A stretch of 64,000 bases of DNA from an uncultured Clostridium sp. (GCA_963651555.1 CAVJQD010000001.1:965-64964); one strand, 5' to 3'. Shown: positions 9,558 through 17,821, counted from the first letter of the stretch. Notes: generated from the letters alone by a model not told the origin. Program-made: numbers and translations.

Positions 9558-10237
9558 TGCTGACAACAGGTTCAATCTTGGTTCTCTTATCCTCTGTATG
9601 GAGCAGTCTTATCCATGCAGATGAGCAGTTGCTATTGGCAATCAATGGGGCTCACACGCCTTTTCTTGACAACTTCCTTTGGAACATATCGGTGCCGGCT
9701 ACATGGATACCCCTCTATGTAGTGCTTTTGCTATGTATTGTTCGTCGTTATGGGAAGCAGAGTCTTTGGATAATGCTTGCTTTTGCCGTGTGTGTAGGGC
9801 TATCAGACTATATCTCATCGGGTATCATTAAGAACATTGTGGGTCGTCCTCGCCCGACACATAGTGAGGGAATAGAAGGCTTATTGCATATAGTGAATAA
9901 CTACCACGGTGGGTTATACGGCTTTGTTTCCTCGCATGCAGCCAATACAATCTGCTGCACTCTTCTTTTTTCTTTGGTATGGCGGGATAAGATTTCTTCG
10001 ATTAGTCTGGGTGTGTGGACGGTGCTTGTATGCTGGTCGCGTATGTACTTAGGCGCCCACTATCCTGCAGATATAATAGGAGGACTGCTCATTGGAACAG
10101 CCCTCGCATTGCTTGGTTATTTTTGTCTCTCTAAGAAAAAAGGAATATTCGTTGAGAGAGGTTCTTACTCTCGTGTCTACGACTGGTTACCTTGTATGAC
10201 CTTGGTTATAACCTGCGTGGTGTGTTGCTTGGCATAG
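9557..10237 (+). CDS. PAP2-family phosphatase (membrane lipid phosphatase)
   Basis: PAP2 motifs KNIVGRPRP, SSH and SRMYLGAHYPADI. The ATG overlaps the batE stop (TAATG). Confidence 0.8.
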   Translation: MLTTGSILVLLSSVWSSLIHADEQLLLAINGAHTPFLDNFLWNISVPATWIPLYVVLLLCIVRRYGKQSLWIMLAFAVCVGLSDYISSGIIKNIVGRPRPTHSEGIEGLLHIVNNYHGGLYGFVSSHAANTICCTLLFSLVWRDKISSISLGVWTVLVCWSRMYLGAHYPADIIGGLLIGTALALLGYFCLSKKKGIFVERGSYSRVYDWLPCMTLVITCVVCCLA

Positions 10238-10607
10238 CACCGGAGTCGTTAGGGTGCCGGAAGATAGGAGCACAACGCTTGTTATTGCCGTCCTCAAGTT
10301 GACAATTCATATACTGGTTATACTGCTCCTTGGTCAGTACACCTTTGAACTCTTGCATCTTTTGGTTGATTCGCTCAATCATCTCGGCTCTTGTATTGGA
10401 GACACGGCGTGCCTTGGCATACTTGAGGTTGATCTGATAGATAGTATCCCTCTGCTCTTGTGTGAGTTTTAGTTCATACTGCATCATGACGGTCTGTTTC
10501 TCGGCTTCTTCCTCCGCAGTACATCCACTGAAAGGCGGTCTTGGCGGCTGTGCCTTAACGCATAGGGCTAAGCAGATGAAAGACAAGAATAGTATTGTTC
10601 TCTTCAT
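10206..10607 (-). CDS. Small secreted LTXXQ-motif protein (Spy/CpxP-like)
   Basis: Signal peptide MKRTILFLSFICLALCVKA and two LTXXQ motifs (LTQEQ, LTKEQ). Confidence 0.55.
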   Translation of the reverse strand: MKRTILFLSFICLALCVKAQPPRPPFSGCTAEEEAEKQTVMMQYELKLTQEQRDTIYQINLKYAKARRVSNTRAEMIERINQKMQEFKGVLTKEQYNQYMNCQLEDGNNKRCAPIFRHPNDSGAMPSNTPRRL

Positions 10608-10617
10608 TGTGTTGTTC

Positions 10618-10812
10618 GGGATGTTCTAAAAATTCCACGTTTCGTTATTTTACTAATTGGGTGTTCCTCCACTTTTTGAGCGCTTTGTGGTTTTTATTTG
10701 TATCTGCTTGACTTTCACTCAGTCACAATGCTTGCATTGCTCCTTCGTTGCGCCAACCATCTACTAAATAAAATTCCACAAATCATCTCAAAAGCAATTT
10801 TTAGAACATCCC
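10618..10812. mobile_element. MITE-like non-autonomous element (195 bp)
   Basis: Perfect 17-bp terminal inverted repeats GGGATGTTCTAAAAATT / AATTTTTAGAACATCCC. Flanking direct repeats ATTGTGTTGTTC (10606-10617) and ATTCGTTGTTC (10813-10823). No ORF. Confidence 0.55.
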
Positions 10813-10859
10813 ATTCGTTGTTCCTAAACATGCCTCAATGAATACAAACTCCATACCAA

Positions 10860-11399
10860 TCAACAAGCCTTTCCGGAATTATACGCTTTTTGTATGGCCG
10901 GATGGCCTTCTATATCGCCTTGGTTTTGTACTCCGCCTGCGAATACATGTCCTGCGAGACGGACATCGTCGTAGCAAGCAATCCATCCTTGCAGTCCATG
11001 CTCTGCACCTTCGGGGGTAGTGGGTTCGTTCTCGGCAGCAGCGGTCAAGAGATAGATATCCTGCGGTTTATGTGGTGCATAGTACTTCGAGACGGTACGG
11101 TCGAGTAAGGCTTTGAGTTGCCCAGCCATCTCATAGTAGTAGATAGGGGTAGCAAAAGCGATGACATCGGCGTTGTTGATCTGTTCGACGATAGCAGGGG
11201 CATCGTCTTTGACGGCACATTGGAAGGTTTGTTCGCAGGCATAACAGCCTCGGCAGAAGTGGATATCTTTTCCGCGGAGGGAGATGTATTCTACTTGGTG
11301 TCCGGTTTCTTCGGCACCTTGAGCAAACGCACGAGCCAGTACTTCGGAGTTGCTGTGCGGGCGTAGACTCGTGGAGATTACTAATACTTTCTTCATCAT
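10860..11399 (-). CDS. Iron-sulfur flavoprotein / NADPH-dependent FMN reductase family
   Basis: Flavodoxin-like N-terminus KKVLVISTSLRPHSNS and a compact CX2CX2CX5C motif (CRGCYACEQTFQC). Confidence 0.8.
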   Translation of the reverse strand: MMKKVLVISTSLRPHSNSEVLARAFAQGAEETGHQVEYISLRGKDIHFCRGCYACEQTFQCAVKDDAPAIVEQINNADVIAFATPIYYYEMAGQLKALLDRTVSKYYAPHKPQDIYLLTAAAENEPTTPEGAEHGLQGWIACYDDVRLAGHVFAGGVQNQGDIEGHPAIQKAYNSGKAC

Positions 11400-11422
11400 T
11401 TCTTGGGTTTTGTTTTACTCTG

Positions 11423-11430
11423 CAAAGATA
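11423..11430 (-). promoter_or_regulatory. Bacteroidota -7 promoter box (TATCTTTG)
   Basis: Matches TAnnTTTG on the minus strand, about 23 nt upstream of the flavoprotein ATG. Confidence 0.5.
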
Positions 11431-11500
11431 GGGGGAATGGGTGGAATTTGCAAGGGAGGTTGGAGGGAATTTGGAGGGGGTTTGGAGGGGGGTTGGAGGG
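11431..11500 (+). repeat. G-rich tract with four TTGGAGGG-core repeats
   Basis: GGTTGGAGGG AATTTGGAGGGGG TTTGGAGGGGGG TTGGAGGG, read directly from the sequence. Confidence 0.8.
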
Positions 11501-11603
11501 AATTCCTCGTGGTTTGGGACATTTTTACGGATTGTTACGGGGCAGGTTCGTCTTTTGGAGGGGTAAACAGTGTCTGAAGCCGCTCTGAAAGCCCTATGAG
11601 AGT

Positions 11604-11699
11604 GGCTTAAAAGTAGGGAGAAAGTAGCATAAGGTAAGCTGTATCTACCGTGTATCTACCGTGTATGTACCGTGTTTGTTTCGTCATAGGCCGCAGACA
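11604..11699 (+). repeat. Dispersed repeat core, copy A (96 bp)
   Basis: Identical to 22145-22240 except for 2 mismatches. Contains three tandem 11-mers, TATCTACCGTG, at 11642-11674. Confidence 0.85.
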
Positions 11700-11749
11700 A
11701 GTAGGGGGCAGATTGGGGATAGGTAGGGGATAGGTAGGGGGTTGGGTGC

Positions 11750-11777
11750 AATTAACAATTAACAATTAACGATTAAC
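11750..11777. repeat. AATTAAC heptamer array (4 units)
   Basis: AATTAAC AATTAAC AATTAAC GATTAAC. Confidence 0.85.
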
Positions 11778-11826
11778 ATCTTAGTTGTTATCGGCGAGTG
11801 TTGCGGATTGGAGGGGAGAAGTGGGC

Positions 11827-11861
11827 AAGTAACAATTAACAATTAACGATTAACAATCGAC
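11827..11861. repeat. AATTAAC heptamer array (second copy, about 80 bp downstream)
   Basis: AGTAAC AATTAAC AATTAAC GATTAAC AATCGAC. Nearly identical to the array at 11750-11777. Confidence 0.8.
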
Positions 11862-11956
11862 AAGGACGGGGAGAGGATGTTACATTTTTTGCTGCGGGGC
11901 GTAAGGTTTAAGGGAAGTTTATGGGAAAAAGTTTTGTGGAAGAAGGTTTTTTGTTT

Positions 11957-11964
11957 TACCTTTG
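11957..11964 (+). promoter_or_regulatory. -7 promoter box TACCTTTG
   Basis: TAnnTTTG match 38 nt upstream of the ATG at 12003. Confidence 0.55.
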
Positions 11965-12002
11965 TACGCAAAATTGTGCGAGATAGAAGTAAGGAAAGAG
12001 GC

Positions 12003-14969
12003 ATGATGAAACAACGGATTTGGGTGATAGTATTGATGTGTCTATTAGTTCATTACGAAACGATGGCGGTAGACATATTGGCACTGGCGGACAGCGTTGG
12101 TCGCTATGTCGCACCTTATGCGTCGGTGGGTAAGATGAAGGTCAATAAGATTCGCGTAAAGAATCAGACGGCCGTAGTAGACTTCACGCAGAATCTTAGT
12201 TGGGTGCCTATGCGTCCTGGCATGGTAGATACGATACATGCTATTGCTCGGCACTATGTTTTTGGGGGGCAAAAAGGCAAGGTGCTGGTGATGAGTAACG
12301 GATTCGAGGTATCGGAGTTGGTGCTCAATAGGTATCTTCCGGCATCACAACAGCGGACGCCTTATACACTGCATCGAACGATTCCTTTGGTACATAACAC
12401 ATCTCTACTGAACAGTCCCGAGGAGGGTTTGGCGGGGATACATCTTGCGGTGTGGGGGAGTCACGGATTGTACTTTAATCAGCCGCGTGAACTATGGATA
12501 TATCAGCGGCCGAAGTTGTTCACGACCGTGGAGGACCTCTTTACTTCGTCGTTTACGATGCCGTTCTTAGTGCCTATGTTGGAGAATGCGGGTGCGGTGG
12601 TGCTTCAGCCGAGAGAGCGTGATATACGGCGGGAGGAGGTAGTGATTGACGAGAGCGATGGGGCGCAGGTGCGCTATGGGACCGCGTGGACCTTGGCGAA
12701 GGACAGTGGTTGGGGTCGTAAGCCTGAGGGCAAGCCTTTGATTGAGGGGGATAATCCTTTCCGGATGGGTGGTTATGCGCAGGCAAAGACTACGAAGGAT
12801 GCAGGGAATGCGGAGGTGTTTACCTACTTAGTGGATGCACCAAAGGCGGGCGAGTATGCGGTGTATGTTTCTTATAAGTCGTTTCCAAATAGCACAGAGA
12901 AGGCGCATTATACCGTTTACCATTGCGGAGTGGCCACTTCTTTTGAGGTGAACCAACGCATGGGCGGAGGGACTTGGATCTATCTGGGCAGTTTTGCGTT
13001 TGGGAAAGAGCGCGAGGAGAATAAGATAGAAGTCAGTACACTGGGCGATGGGGCATCGGTGGTGAGTACGGATGCCGTGAAGATTGGTGGGGGAATGGGT
13101 AGTGTGGCTCGTTATAAGAGTGAGTATCTAACAGGTAAAGACTTCGATGATAAGCAGAAGAAGCGTCTCAAGAAGATGCCTGCTTATCAGTTGCCGATCG
13201 ATACGACGCTGCTTTACACAAGCGGGATGCCTCGATATATGGAGGGTGCGAGATACTGGTTGCAGTACGCAGGGATGCCTGATTCGGTGTATAACATTCG
13301 GCATAGTACCTTTGATTATGCGGACGACTGCGGAGGTCGTGGGCGTTGGGTTAACTACTTGTCGGGCGGTTCGGAGGTTAATCCTCGGCAGGAGGGTTTA
13401 TGTATTCCTATTCATCTTTCTTTGGGGTTCCATACCGATGCCGGCGTTCGCAAGGGAGACAGTGTTATTGGGTCGCTTATTATCCGCACGGGTTCTAATA
13501 ATGAAGGGCAAAAGGTATATCCGACGGGCGTTAATAGGTTGGCTGCACTTGACTTGGGAGATTGGGTTCAGTCGCAAGTAGTAGAGGATGTGCATCGTTG
13601 TTTTGCGCCTGAGTGGAGCCGGAGGGCTTTGCGAGAAGCGAATTATGCAGAGACAAGGATACCCGAGGTACCGGCTATCATATTAGAGTTGCTGTCGCAT
13701 CAGAACTTTGCGGATATGCGTTACGGTTTAGACCCTCGTTTCCGTTTTGTTGCAAGTCGGGCGGTTTATAAGGGGATTGTTCGGTATATCCATGCTCAAT
13801 ATGGTACTCCATACTGCATACAGCCATTGCCTGTGCAGGATTTTGGTATGCAGTATGTTCGGCAGGGTTCGGACAGTATCTGCTTACGTTGGGCAGAACG
13901 GGTGGATAGCCTTGAGGCAACGGCTCGGCCGGAGTATTATATCCTATATACAAGGACGAATGATGGGGATTGGGACAATGGGGTTGTGACTTATAACACA
14001 TCTTATACAATGCCGTTGGAGCGTGGTGTGCGTTACGATTTCCGTATTGTGGCAGCCAATAAAGGGGGTGTGTCGCTTCCGTCGGAGACTTTGTCGGCTT
14101 ATCTTGCCCATGAGGAGCGGGGGCGTGTATTGATTGTCAATGGTTTTACGCGTGTAGGTGCACCTAACAGTTTCGAGTTGGACTCGACTTATGCCGGTTT
14201 CCATGGGGGATATGGTGTGCCTTGGGGAACGGATATTGCCTACATCGGCGAACAGTGGGAGTTTGACCGTGATAAGATTTATAAGGATGACAACAATGCC
14301 GGTTTTGGTTCCAGTTATGCTGATAAGCAGGACCAGTTGTTTATCGGTAACACTTTTGCCTACCCCACTATGCATGGCAAGGTGCTTCAATCGCTTGGTT
14401 ATAGTTATCTCTCGTGTGCAGCGTCGGCAGTGGATAGTATATCGGGGGAGTTTGACTTAGTGGATGTCATCATGGGTTTGCAGAAAGAGACCGTGTTTGG
14501 TACAGAGAAGCAGATGGTTATGTTTAAGCCGTTTGAGGCAGGGCTGAGAAAGGCTATTTGTGGTTATACGTCACAGGGCGGGCGTCTACTTGTCAGCGGT
14601 TCGCATATCAGTGAGGAGTTGCAGCATGGGCTTAGTGCTACGAGTGAGGATAGGCAGTTCTTGCTTAAGGTGTTGCATTGTGAACATAGGATGAAGCATG
14701 GGTCACGGTCGGGGGTCGTACAGTTTGGCGGTAAGCAATACCACTTGCAGATGGAGCCTTCGGAGAGCATCTTATATTGTGAAGAGATGGAAGGGCTAAC
14801 GGATAAGGGAAAGGGTGCTGCTGTTGCGGCACGGTATGTGGATAGTGGTGTATGCGCTGGCGTATCGTATAAGGGGAATAATAGGACATTGATGTTTGGG
14901 TTTCCATTGGAGAGCGTGCAGGAGTTTGAGAGTATATACTCTGAGTGTATTCAATATTTATTCCATTAA
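12003..14969 (+). CDS. Large secreted multidomain protein (golvesin-C-like, amidase_3-like and FN3 domains)
   Basis: Signal peptide after the MMKQRIW start. GEYAVYVSY...GGGTWIYLGSF block, ILELLSHQNFAD resembling the MurNAc-LAA end motif, and an FN3-like YDFRIVAANKGGVS. The track ORF start at 11877 lies upstream of the promoter box. Confidence 0.6.
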   Translation: MMKQRIWVIVLMCLLVHYETMAVDILALADSVGRYVAPYASVGKMKVNKIRVKNQTAVVDFTQNLSWVPMRPGMVDTIHAIARHYVFGGQKGKVLVMSNGFEVSELVLNRYLPASQQRTPYTLHRTIPLVHNTSLLNSPEEGLAGIHLAVWGSHGLYFNQPRELWIYQRPKLFTTVEDLFTSSFTMPFLVPMLENAGAVVLQPRERDIRREEVVIDESDGAQVRYGTAWTLAKDSGWGRKPEGKPLIEGDNPFRMGGYAQAKTTKDAGNAEVFTYLVDAPKAGEYAVYVSYKSFPNSTEKAHYTVYHCGVATSFEVNQRMGGGTWIYLGSFAFGKEREENKIEVSTLGDGASVVSTDAVKIGGGMGSVARYKSEYLTGKDFDDKQKKRLKKMPAYQLPIDTTLLYTSGMPRYMEGARYWLQYAGMPDSVYNIRHSTFDYADDCGGRGRWVNYLSGGSEVNPRQEGLCIPIHLSLGFHTDAGVRKGDSVIGSLIIRTGSNNEGQKVYPTGVNRLAALDLGDWVQSQVVEDVHRCFAPEWSRRALREANYAETRIPEVPAIILELLSHQNFADMRYGLDPRFRFVASRAVYKGIVRYIHAQYGTPYCIQPLPVQDFGMQYVRQGSDSICLRWAERVDSLEATARPEYYILYTRTNDGDWDNGVVTYNTSYTMPLERGVRYDFRIVAANKGGVSLPSETLSAYLAHEERGRVLIVNGFTRVGAPNSFELDSTYAGFHGGYGVPWGTDIAYIGEQWEFDRDKIYKDDNNAGFGSSYADKQDQLFIGNTFAYPTMHGKVLQSLGYSYLSCAASAVDSISGEFDLVDVIMGLQKETVFGTEKQMVMFKPFEAGLRKAICGYTSQGGRLLVSGSHISEELQHGLSATSEDRQFLLKVLHCEHRMKHGSRSGVVQFGGKQYHLQMEPSESILYCEEMEGLTDKGKGAAVAARYVDSGVCAGVSYKGNNRTLMFGFPLESVQEFESIYSECIQYLFH

Positions 14970-14976
14970 AGAGATT

Positions 14977-16401
14977 ATGACGAAGAAGAAAAAGGAGTTG
15001 CCGCTGTACGAGTCGGTAGAGATAACGGATGTGGCAGCAGAGGGTAAGGCGATGGCACGGATAGACGACTGTGTGGTGTTTGTTCCGTATTGTGTACCAG
15101 GGGATGTAGTTGATATACAGATAACGAAGAAGAAGCATAACTACATGGAAGGGCGTGTGGAGCGTTATGTTCGTTATTCGGAAGAGCGTTGTGAGGCAGT
15201 ATGTAAGCATTATGGCGAGTGTGGCGGTTGCAAGTGGCAGATATTGCCTTACGAAGCCCAGTTGCGCTATAAGCAGAAGCAGATAGTAGATAACCTGACT
15301 CGTATTGGTAAGATACAGTTGCCTACCATATCGCCTATCTTAGGGTCGAAGCACATCTATGGTTACCGTAACAAACTGGAGTTCACCTTCTCGGATAAAC
15401 GATGGGTTAGTTGGGAAAAGATACACGAAGCGGGAGGTATCGAGAATGTAGTGAAGGACAATGGTGTAGGGTTTCATATCCCTAACTGCTTCGATAAGGT
15501 GCTGGATATCACAGAGTGCCACTTGATGGACGACACCAACAACAGGATACGCAATACGATACGAGATTATGCCAATGAACATAGCCTATCGTTCTTTGAC
15601 CTTAAACTACAGTCAGGGTTGTTGCGCAATCTTGTTATCCGCAACAATCACAAGGGTGAGTACATGGTTATTGTGGTGTTCGGTGAGGATAGGAAGGCGG
15701 AGCGAGAGGGTTTGATGAGCATGCTACATGATACCTTTCCGGAGATTGTGTCGCTGCTGTATGTGATTAACACAAAGTGCAATGACGTAATCAATGACTT
15801 GGATGTGGTGACTTATTATGGTAAGGATTATATCCTTGAGGAGATGGAGGGGTTGCAGTTTAAGGTAGGTCCGAAGTCGTTCTACCAGACGAATACGGAG
15901 CAAGCGCATATACTATACCAAGTGGTTCGTCAGTTTGCTCAGTTGCGAGGGGAAGAGTTAGTGTTCGACTTGTATACGGGAACGGGTACTATTGCTAACT
16001 TTGTGGCTGGTATGGCGAAGTATGTGGTTGGCATAGAGTATGTACCTGAGGCGATAGAGGATGCGAAGGTCAATTCGCAACTGAATAAGATAGACAACAC
16101 AGAGTTCTATGCAGGCGACATGAAGGATATCTTAACGGAAGAGTTCTTGCAGCGTCATGGTCGTCCTGATGTTATCATAACCGACCCACCACGGGCTGGT
16201 ATGCATGAGGATGTGATTCGTACGATACTGCTGGCTGCTCCTCGCAGGATAGTGTATGTCAGTTGCAATCCAGCGACACAGGCAAGGGACTTGGCTTTAT
16301 TGGATGCAGACTACCAAGTGACACGGGTTCAGCCGGTTGATATGTTCCCTCATACTCAGCATGTGGAGAATGTGGTATTGCTGGAGCATCGAGGGAGTTA
16401 G
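14977..16401 (+). CDS. rlmD: 23S rRNA (uracil-5)-methyltransferase RlmD/RumA
   Basis: TRAM-like N-terminus, Fe-S cysteines CKHYGECGGCKWQ, the SAM fold DLYTGTGT and DPPRAG. Confidence 0.85.
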   Translation: MTKKKKELPLYESVEITDVAAEGKAMARIDDCVVFVPYCVPGDVVDIQITKKKHNYMEGRVERYVRYSEERCEAVCKHYGECGGCKWQILPYEAQLRYKQKQIVDNLTRIGKIQLPTISPILGSKHIYGYRNKLEFTFSDKRWVSWEKIHEAGGIENVVKDNGVGFHIPNCFDKVLDITECHLMDDTNNRIRNTIRDYANEHSLSFFDLKLQSGLLRNLVIRNNHKGEYMVIVVFGEDRKAEREGLMSMLHDTFPEIVSLLYVINTKCNDVINDLDVVTYYGKDYILEEMEGLQFKVGPKSFYQTNTEQAHILYQVVRQFAQLRGEELVFDLYTGTGTIANFVAGMAKYVVGIEYVPEAIEDAKVNSQLNKIDNTEFYAGDMKDILTEEFLQRHGRPDVIITDPPRAGMHEDVIRTILLAAPRRIVYVSCNPATQARDLALLDADYQVTRVQPVDMFPHTQHVENVVLLEHRGS

Positions 16402-16481
16402 ATGTTTAGGAGTTTAGAAGTTTATAGGTATATACATATTGCCACTAATCAACATTATTCAATAATTTAATTCTTATCATT

Positions 16482-17072
16482 ATGAAGAAGATTATTTATG
16501 CCTTTATGGCGGTGGTTGCATTGAGTATGATATCGTGCAACAAGACAGGAAAGAACGAGCCTAATGCTCCGAAACAGGATTCCACCTTGGTATCTCAGGC
16601 TTTGAAGTATCAAGTAGAATGCAACGAGGCTCTGTTCCAGTATGTAGATGTTAAGTTAGAGTACATTGAGTATCCGGACTCTAACAGTATCAAGAGTATA
16701 AACCTGACGGGTGCATGGGAGAGCGAAGCTTATGAAGCAACGAAAGGTGTATTCGGTATTCGTCTAACGATGGAGCCTAAGGCAGGGGTTACGTTACCTG
16801 ATGACTTGGCTGATTCTGTGTTCGATGAGACGAACGGTGCCTATATGTATGTCAAATATGGTTTCCGTGATGTCTACAAAGAAGGGTATAACACAGAGTA
16901 CACTTATCGAGAGTTTGGGTATATCGACCTTCGTGGGAAGGGAGCTTATAAGAGCCAACTCACTGCAGATGTCATTCGTGATTTCTCCACGGAGAATGCA
17001 TACAACTATGAGTATGATGGAACATACATTTCTCAGAGCAGTATAAAGGGTTTCTGGGATAGAAGGAAATAG
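16482..17072 (+). CDS. Lipoprotein, function unknown
   Basis: Lipobox ALSMISC after a signal peptide. No recognisable domain. Confidence 0.6.
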   Translation: MKKIIYAFMAVVALSMISCNKTGKNEPNAPKQDSTLVSQALKYQVECNEALFQYVDVKLEYIEYPDSNSIKSINLTGAWESEAYEATKGVFGIRLTMEPKAGVTLPDDLADSVFDETNGAYMYVKYGFRDVYKEGYNTEYTYREFGYIDLRGKGAYKSQLTADVIRDFSTENAYNYEYDGTYISQSSIKGFWDRRK

Positions 17073-17093
17073 TTGAGTATTTGATACTTAAAG

Positions 17094-17133
17094 GCAATAG
17101 CCTACGGCATACGTCGTAGGCTATTGCTTTTTT
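17094..17133 (+). terminator. Rho-independent terminator
   Basis: Perfect 13-bp stem GCAATAGCCTACG / CGTAGGCTATTGC, 8-nt loop, T6 tail. Confidence 0.75.
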
Positions 17134-17247
17134 ATTGTATGCTTAAACGAAAAAAAACGGTTCGATATGCGAACTATTATTCAAGAAAAAGTCGTACCTT
17201 CGCAGGCGCAAAAGGTTGGGTAGTTATACAGACTACCTTTAGTCATC

Positions 17248-17682
17248 ATGAAAGAAGAAGAAATGCCTGAATTGGGCAGCACAGTAGGTAAGTTGCGGGA
17301 TGTTATCACACAGAACTTGCGACGCCGTTTTGCTCAATATGAAGGCGTACATTTGACGGTAGAGGAGTATATCTTACTGTACCGAATACAGAAGGAGAAA
17401 GAAAGCACAATCTTACAAGACTTAGTCGATTTGACTGGCAAGAGCAAATCGACTGTGTTGCATATTGTAGACTCGATAGAGCAGAAAGGTTTACTACATC
17501 GAGCCGTTAATCCCAAAGACCATAGAGAGAATCATCTTATCATCACCCCAGAGGGTGAGGAAGTGTTTGCTGCGCACTATGAGATGGAGAAGGCATTAAC
17601 TCGTCAATTGTTACGTGGAATATCGTCACGACAGATTGAGTCGTTTCTCAAGACTATTGAGAAGATCAAATGTAACAATTAA
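17248..17682 (+). CDS. MarR-family transcriptional regulator
   Basis: Winged-helix core LTVEEYILLYRI...DLVDLTGKSKSTVLHIVDSIEQKGLLHR...DHRENHLIITPEG. Confidence 0.85.
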   Translation: MKEEEMPELGSTVGKLRDVITQNLRRRFAQYEGVHLTVEEYILLYRIQKEKESTILQDLVDLTGKSKSTVLHIVDSIEQKGLLHRAVNPKDHRENHLIITPEGEEVFAAHYEMEKALTRQLLRGISSRQIESFLKTIEKIKCNN

Positions 17683-17690
17683 CAGTTAAC
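17672..17690. repeat. AATTAAC-type heptamer array
   Basis: GTAAC AATTAAC AGTTAAC. The marR-like stop codon (17680-17682) is the TAA of the first full unit. Confidence 0.75.
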
Positions 17691-17710
17691 CCATACGGGT
17701 CTTGCGAGCC

Positions 17711-17737
17711 GAACGACACGAGTGCGTGTCGTCTCCA
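17711..17737 (+). repeat. REP-like hairpin, copy 1
   Basis: GAACGACACG AGTG CGTGTCGTCTCCA. 24 of 27 nt are identical to 21871-21897. Confidence 0.75.
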
Positions 17738-17755
17738 TATTGTTACTTCCCCAAT

Positions 17756-17815
17756 AAATAGTTCGTATTTCTAACTAATTGTATCCATTGTAAATAGTTC
17801 GTATTTCTAACTAAT
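17756..17815 (+). promoter_or_regulatory. Two direct 24-bp repeats upstream of tolC; candidate MarR operators
   Basis: AAATAGTTCGTATTTCTAACTAAT at 17756-17779 and 17792-17815 (36-bp period). Each contains TAGTT-N9-AACTA. A related inverted copy lies at 17161-17178. Confidence 0.4.
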
Positions 17816-17821
17816 AAAGGT

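Noticed and set aside
11877-12002. The 42-codon N-terminal extension of the large ORF given in the track (start at 11877).
   Set aside because: The extension contains the TACCTTTG promoter box (11957-11964). The MMKQRIW start at 12003 is followed by a proper signal peptide.
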